DNA from: Octopus sinensis | Lineage: Eukaryota | Reading direction: 5' to 3' | DNA: 64,000 nt | NCBI RefSeq assembly: GCF_006345805.1 | Contig: NC_043008.1 | Coordinates: 71,424,001 to 71,488,000 of the forward strand | In this document: in pieces, positions 56,244 to 64,000 of the stretch | Numbering within the stretch: the first letter of the stretch is position 1 | Layout: the number at the start of each line of letters is the position of its first letter | The notes under the pieces: generated by a model | What the model saw: only the letters and a program-made list of their open reading frames with translations | Databases searched by the model: none | Told to the model about the DNA's origin: nothing | Made by a program: the position numbers and the translations under genes

Positions 56244-56680
56244 GGCGCAGGAGTGGCTGTGTGGTAAGTAGCTTGCTTTGCAACCACATGGTTCCGGGTT
56301 CAGTCCCACTGCGTGGCACCTTCGGTAAGTGTCTTCAACTATAGCCTCGAGCCGGCCAAAGCCTTGTGAGTGGATTTGGTAGACGGAAACTGAAAGAACC
56401 CGCCGTATATATATATATAGTACGTTTAAATATTTGTTGTGCGAATATGTGTGTGTGGTGTGTGTGTGTGTATATGTTTGTGTGTCTCTGTTTGTCCCCC
56501 CAACATCGCTTGACAACCGATGCTGGTGTGTTTGCGTCCCCGTCACTTAGCTGCTCGGCAAGAGAGACCGATAGCATAAGTACTAGGCTTACAAAGAATA
56601 AGTCCTGGGGTCGATTTAATCGACTAAATGCGGTGCTCCTGCATGGCCGCAGTCAAATGACTGAAACAATTAAAAGAAAG
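56244..56680 (+). mobile_element. SINE family A, full length (tRNA-derived head, internal TA/TG tract, CR1-like 3' tail)
   Basis: A box tggctgtgtggtaag, B box gggttcagtcc; closely similar copy at 57058-57470. Confidence 0.92.
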
Positions 56681-57057
56681 ATGTATTTTAGCTGAGCACA
56701 CAGGTGGATGCATGTTGCTTCGGTACTTTTAGCGAATCCCTCAGATATGAATCCGTAGGATGGACTCTTATACCGGTAAATGGAATAACTATCCATCATA
56801 CCAGTTACAGAGCCTTTCGTATACTCCCACGCAGTTTTTAAGTCAATTACGTTTCACGTACACATAGCTATTGTCGACTCGAAACTATAGTACACTTTGG
56901 AAGGGGACTGCTTAATACGAAAATCGTGCGGTCATATAATTGCATGATGAATGCCTTAGGCAAAAAACCATGGATGCATCTAGTTTTGCTGTTGCTACTC
57001 AGGGAAACACCACAAAGAGTTAACAAACCTACACAAACAATAAAGAAATTGTATTGA

Positions 57058-57470
57058 GGCGTAGGAGTGGCTGTGTGGTAAGTAGCTTGCTTAGCAACCA
57101 CATAGTTCCGGGTTCAGTCCCACTGCGTGGCACCTTGGCCAAGTGTCTTCTACTATAGCCTCGGGCCGACCAAAGCCTTGTGAGTGGATTTGGTAGACGG
57201 AAACTGAAAGAAGCCTGTCGTATATATGTATATATATATGTATGTGTGTGCATATATTTGTGTTTCTGTATTTGTCCACCCAACATCGCTCGACAACCGC
57301 TGCTGGTGTGTTTACGTCCCCGTAACCTAGCGGTTCGGCAAAAGAAACCGATAGAGCAAGTACTAGACTTACGAAGAATAAGTCCTGGGGTGTATTTGCT
57401 CGACTAAAGGTGGTACTCCAGCATGGCCACAGTCAAGTGGCTGAAACAAGTAGAAGAGTAAAAGAGTAAA
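57058..57470 (+). mobile_element. SINE family A, full length, ending in (AAGAGTAA)n
   Basis: Aligns end to end with 56244-56680. Confidence 0.92.
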
Positions 57471-57746
57471 TATACTGAATGCGATTCAGATAATTTCATT
57501 TCATTAATGTTAAAAACACAGAATGATAGTTTTACGCAGGATTATTGGAGGGTTAACCAGGGACAATGCTGTAAGCGCTGACCTGGATGAAAGTGGATTC
57601 AAGTTAGTTGCAAAAGCGTTGTCAAAATAAATACAATAATTATCAGAAGATATGCTCCAAGGACTCTGAAAGATGATTTGAGGATAAGAAAACATTCAGA
57701 GAATTATCATATACTACCACATACGTAGACGCGACTCCTATATATG

Positions 57747-57784
<38 letters not shown>

Positions 57785-57822
57785 ATATATATATATATGT
57801 ATGTGCACGCGTGTATAGATAA

Positions 57823-57858
<36 letters not shown>

Positions 57859-59938
57859 CATTATGTATATGTATCTGTGTGTATATATGTAGGCATCAGA
57901 GTTCAATAGCTAAGATGTGAATGTGTACTATATGATATGATGCACATATATGATATACTTACTGGCCACGTGTATGTTTTCTTACGTGTGTAGGTGCATG
58001 CGGTCTCTCTCTCTCTCTATGTATATATATGTGTGTGTATGTGTATGTGAGTGTGTGTGTGCGTGCGTGTGTGTCCCCGCGTATATGTGTTTGTATGTGC
58101 AAGACCATTGCATTAATGTGTATTTAATAAATCTAAGTAGGGCATCCATTTAATCAACACGTCATTAATAGTAAAATAAAACGAAAATCACAAAAGAAAA
58201 ATCATGCTTAGTTTGAATTAGTGACGGAGAACAGAGAGATTGTATCAGATAGGTACGTCACATTCCCTTGGTACTTGTAGTTATGCGGAATATCTACTAA
58301 TATGGAAAGTAAGCTGTAGTCAAGTGGAAAAAAATATCCACGTTGCTACGTTGGAACTGGCAGACATATTTTTGTACAGTCTATGAACATACTTCAACAA
58401 TACCAGCAAACATTTCGTTCAAATTATAGTCAACTTATAAATAAATGCGCTCATTGAATATAAGTTGTAGATAGGATGTATCTTATATGTAAAAGGAGAT
58501 ACGGATACGGTTAACGTGCTTCTAATATTGGACCTGGTTGATCGGTAAGTTTAGGATAAAATATCAGGAGACAGCCAACCGCTACACGCGAGAAAAAAGT
58601 GGTTGATAATATGTACTGGTCATTCGCTAATAGTAGGTGCCTACGTAGTCACGACCAGACACGCACATACATAATTTCAAATGTGTATGTATACGTGTGC
58701 TTGTATATGTGCTTGTGTGTGTGAAACGTGGACCAATGTGTAGCACAAAGGGAATGTTTGATATCATAATACTTAAACAGATGTTTTCGTGCAAGTGGAT
58801 TGTAATATCTTTGAAGCAAACTTCTCGATTAAAGTTCACATTGAGTGAAACAAAATCCAAAGAATATTGATATTCCACACGGTATTAATTGTGGCACCAG
58901 ATCTAAGTTCAAACCCTGCCATCAATATTAGGAAATCTGTACTGAATTGGTTTTAACAATTTTCGTTACAATGCTATTAACAATATCATCTGATAGTCAT
59001 TGTGCACTCAAGTGTAACACAGTGATGCTCTTGGATTACTTTACTAGTGGGATTGCTTCGATTATTGATTTACTTTACGTTTCCGTTCATTCATTGATTG
59101 AGAAATGCCACAATTTCATCTCTGTGTATTGACAAATTGATATCCGCTGTGCGAATTTCACGAAATTCGCATCAGCCAGCTTTCACTATAGTACTATGTT
59201 CACTATTGTACAGCATTGTACTGTTTTGTATTGTGTTTTGTGTGATGTAGAACTACGCTGGAAGTGCTATTGGTGGATTTGAAGTAAATTTGACTATTAT
59301 ATTTATACTTCTTAATTATAGAAATAATGAAGTTTCTTCCTCATAGAACAGCTGTTAAAAATAATTGAATTATGATGTATCTGTAAAATTTATGCTTTTC
59401 CACAATTTTATTCTAAATAAATAGGCGCGTGCGAACACATACACATATACACACATGAAAGGTGTTAACAGGTTTAGCGTGAAACATTAGTACTGGGACC
59501 TAATGTTGCAGTCAGGTACGACAATAATTAGGGTTTAAGGTGATACATTTTTCGGAATCTTCCTGAAAACAGGAGAGACCTTTATAAAGTGAATAGAAAT
59601 ATATTGGAAAAGGAAAAAAGAACTGCATTTACACCAGCCAAGCTTGACGTAGAGGTTACGTCATGAAAAGATAAAGAAATGAATGTAATCTTATCTATAT
59701 CACTTTGCGCCAAAAACCAACTTCCAAAAGAAGGATATAGGATTCATACAGAGGTATAAACTGTAGTAGTCCAGCATGGTCTAATTAGACAATATTTGCA
59801 CTGCAAGCACACAGCTGCATGTGTTATGTGTGTAAGTGTGTATATCGGTGTACACAGGTGCACACATACACTCCCACCACACACGCGGATACAATTAGGA
59901 TGCATGGTATGTGTGTATGTATATATCTGAACACACAG

Positions 59939-59942
<4 letters not shown>

Positions 59943-59981
<39 letters not shown>

Positions 59982-60063
59982 ATATATACATATATATTAC
60001 ATATATATATACATATATATATACATATATATATACATATATATATACATATATATATACATA

Positions 60064-60115
<52 letters not shown>

Positions 60116-60152
60116 GATATATATATATATATACATATATATATTTATATAT
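59943..60152. repeat. Imperfect (TA)n array with 12-bp periodic ATATATATATAC units
   Basis: Direct reading. Confidence 0.9.
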
Positions 60153-61369
60153 GTATATTCACACCTTCATCATACATTTAGAAAGCTCTTTATAAAGAAA
60201 AATATGACAGCCACATCTAGATTTCTGTGATACATTACTTCTCTTTACTATTTTTTCATAGAACAAGATACATCAAAAATGATGGTTGATTATTTCATTA
60301 GTTGCAATTGTTTGTGCAATTGTTGTCAATAGGTACATAATTGATAGTTGTACATTCCTTGTCAGTCTGCTGTGTTTGTAAAATTACTGTTTTCCATCAA
60401 TGGAATCGGGAAAATGGTTACGATATCTATATTTGTGGTTGCGTTCACTTCCTTCCGAAATGCAATTTCATATCAACTGATTGTAAGTGACAGTGTTGGT
60501 TTAATATACTTATTTTTCTTTTGTATTTTCCTTTTATTTCGTATGTGTGTGTGCGCATAAAGCATTTTGGATCGGTATTTCATTAATTCTGTTTAGTATT
60601 GTATTGTTTTTGTGCTTTATGATTGTATATGGTATATGCATGTGTATGTGAATGCGTTTCATTTTGTTTTTGTATTATACAAAATATCAAAAACAATGAT
60701 ATACAAATGGCTATATAAGGAACATTGCAGTGCTGCTAGTACTATCATCTGTATATTAGCGGCATTACATATAGAGCTATTTGTTTGTGAAAGTTAAATA
60801 ATTAGGCACGATGTGTGTAGCGTTGAAGATGGCAATGCCTGGTGTCCTGTTAAAAGAGAATGGATTTATTTAATTCTTGAATGATACATTCTCCGTGAAA
60901 TATAAAATAGTTAATCTCTCTTATTAAAAATTTATACGTTTTTGTATACTGGGTGATTTCCTTGCTCCTCCAACCAATATCATTTTCAATCACGCTGAAA
61001 CAACGGAATCAATGTTTAAAACATGCTAAGTCTTATATTGCTATTTTACAACTAGTTATCCTTTATAGAAACTTATATACTTGCATTTCTTCTTCAAACA
61101 CATAATTTATGAATATCTATCAAAATATAATTCTAATTTAAATCCCACTTGGTGTACACTTTATCTATAAATTTGTCAGATTTTGGAAATTGGTACTTCT
61201 CATCCTTGCGGACCCCTTCGCACCTATGAAATGAATACTATAGATAGTGTGTTTAAACGTCAGAAGTAACCACAAAATGAGTTTCGATAGAAGATGCAGC
61301 AGTTGCTGTATCAGGAAAAACAACATTAACATTCACTGTAACAGCAACAATAAATTCCAGTTGATCTGC

Positions 61370-62030
61370 CTTGCAGTAGAGAAGACATTCCATCGTGTGG
61401 GTTATTTTTGAACACGTATTGTGTTCACACTTTATGGAATGGCGGTGTTCTGAGTGGAAGGAAATTTCATTGGATTCAAGTTTGACGACTCACTGAAAAC
61501 GATACAACGCTAATGATATAGACATGCAATATAAGATGAATATAATACGGCGTTAACAGTTTGATAGTAATGTCTTCGATCTGAAACAAACTAGTTTGCT
61601 GTTCAATTGTTAAGATAATAAAGGCTTACGAACGAATTATCCCGATATAAAGCAACCTGCTGGCAAGGGGATCCTCAAACTAAGCTATCACATTCATTGC
61701 AGCTTAGCAAACAAAACAATCGTAGAAGCGAGCATTAATAAAGCTTGTTCAAATTCTTATCTCGTGACCGAATAAGTGTTGCAAAGTTTTCTTTGAATTT
61801 TATAATTTTAAATTGCTTAAACCGCTTGAAGTTAGTATTTATTGATGTAAACCCAATGTCAGCAGAATCTTTGAAAAGGTCGATAGAATCGTCGTGTCAC
61901 GTATGGAAACATCTAGCTTCGATTCAACGAGTCCTTGAATTATAGCAAACAAGCTATATTTTGCTAATGAACGAAGCAGTGTGTCGTTTAAGAGAAGATC
62001 TGAGAGGAAGTTAGAAGGCAAAGTGATAGA
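61370..62030 (-). mobile_element. Possible very old CR1-like LINE remnant
   Basis: DTTILSTFSKILL weakly resembles DVIYLDFSKAFD, and RWNVFSTA resembles WN.LP; weak evidence. Confidence 0.25.
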
Positions 62031-64000
62031 GTGGAAAATAATAAAATGGTATACATCAATAATTACGTTTAATTGGGGAATGAATGGTTGTGAGAAGAAA
62101 AGAGGAACGAAGAGAGATAAAGGAGATTAAAGAAGGAATGTTAGCGAGGGGAAATGAAATATTACCGCAAAGACTTTCAACAACAATACAAAGAACAACA
62201 ATAAAAGATCAACAGAAAGAATAGAAACAAAACAGAAACATAAAAGAAAAGAGCCAACAAAAGATGACAGAAGAGCAAATGCAATAAAGAGAGGAAATAG
62301 TTAAATGAATGGCCATAGATGTAGAAAGTCTTGCTAAATTATTGAACCAACTGTAAATCCAAGAATTTTGAGATATCTTTATATTAACAAGATACGTATG
62401 TTAAATACACAACAGAATTTCTTTTGAAAATATACTTGCAGAATAAAAGAAATCGTGGCTTTCCTTTTTCATTTTATATCTATCTGAGTATGTTGAATAT
62501 GAAAATAAATTGTTGATTTACACAAAACTTTTGGTGAAGATTCTTAACTAAAAGAAAATATAGGCCTGACTTGAATAACGAATATCTAAGACACTAGAAC
62601 GCTAGCAATGATACGTAATGCTAGCTTCTCAGTATTCAAAAGACAAGAACGAATCAATATTCCGAATAAATCATAATATATAGCACCAATGTATGAAAAC
62701 TTTTTTCCTCTTCAAAACGTGAAATTAAAGGTTTTCACAATGAATACTAAATACACTACTGTAATGAATTCAACAATACACTTCAGCTTTCAATATGCAA
62801 AATTATGGAAATCTACCTTTCGTGTGTGGTCGCACTTGAAATTTTGGGAATTATAGCTATGTTTTACAATGAATGAGAAGAATTAAACTGATGTAGTATT
62901 TCGCAATACTGAAATCCCTATAATTTATTATTTATAAGTTTCAGCTCCTCTCTGCCCGCTGTGAACTGAAGATTAGAATCAGTTCAATAATTAATACCTT
63001 ATCTTTAGTATCTATGTTAATGAAAAGAAAAGACACGGAACAACAATTCGTTATGGTGAAATAACCAGTTCAAATTACTAAGTTGCTTCTATGCTACTGC
63101 TGGTGAAAGCTTTGAACAATAAAATTGTGGTACCTTTCTACAGCTAGCTTGACGATGCTAGATATCTGAGAGATCTGTACTCTGTATCTAATTCAAAGCG
63201 ATAATGCAACGGTCCCTTTGTTATTTACGCAGTGCATTAGATTATCAACCATCGCCGATTCTAATAATCCATAATAAAAAATATTTCTTTTGTGCAAATA
63301 AAACGAATACGTGTAATTGCAGATTAGACCAAAAATGAAGTGCATCACATCCACATAGGGTTATCATATTCATATTTTAACATTATAGCAATATACTATT
63401 TGGGAAACACACCTGCTTAATAATGGTGATCTATCCTACTCAGCTCAACTCTATAGAAAAAATCTGAAGCACTTCATCTTTTCCATCGTAATGTATACCT
63501 TGACAAGAGAAAGGAAATAATGAAATTCCCTATGCTAAAATAAACAGAAGTGAGAAAGAGAGAGAGAGGGAGAGAGAGAGAGACAGGAGAGAGAAAGAGA
63601 GAGAGAGAGAGAGAGCTAAGAATGATTGAATACCAATCTCTGATGATGTGACACAGATTCACAGATTTACAGCTGACATACAGCAAGCAATATTATGTTG
63701 AAGGTAATTTAAGAATTCAATTACGACTTTAAAGTAAAGCTTTAAAGAACTTATAAATATGAGCGAATTAATCAATCATTACAGACATATTCTTAATGAA
63801 TTGTTCATAAATAATTAGACATTCCTACATTTATTTTAATGACCCCCAAATGTGTATATCAATGCATTGCTTTGACAATCGCAACGTCTTTGGCCAAACA
63901 ATAATCTAATAGAATGATAAATCAATTTGTTTGAATATATATGTACGGTAGTATGTATGTATGTATGTATATATATATATATACGCATACCCAACTACCT

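Noticed and set aside
59150-59171. 10-bp-stem hairpin tgcgaatttc-ac-gaaattcgca
   Set aside because: Short, isolated and without supporting context.
60700-61270. Possible host exons (e.g. AG-preceded ILEIGTSHPCGPLRTY at ~61180)
   Set aside because: Short, ends in a stop, with no convincing partner exons or family motif; cannot be supported without RNA-seq.

Overview
Very AT-rich, microsatellite-dense animal DNA with one 100-N scaffold gap (35493-35592). The SINE families and overall repeat landscape resemble an Octopus (coleoid cephalopod) genome; this is an inference from recognised repeats. I found no host protein-coding gene, rRNA, tRNA or CRISPR array, and most ORF-track entries are translated microsatellites. 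All credible coding content is transposon-derived: a near-complete, 5'-truncated Penelope-like element (PLE; RT plus GIY-YIG, ~22937-26717, minus strand); two more PLE GIY-YIG fragments; a decayed Chapaev3-like DNA transposon; Tx1/L1, R4/Dong-like, RTE and CR1 LINE fragments; a non-autonomous Helitron; a hAT-like MITE; and three tRNA-derived SINE families. The most notable pattern is a PLE/hammerhead landscape. PLE 3' termini carry minimal hammerhead-ribozyme motifs, including a shared non-canonical core. Three copies end at the same base and are flanked by (TA)n on both sides. At least six independent foldback (inverted-repeat) structures are built from such termini and would form long dsRNA if transcribed.
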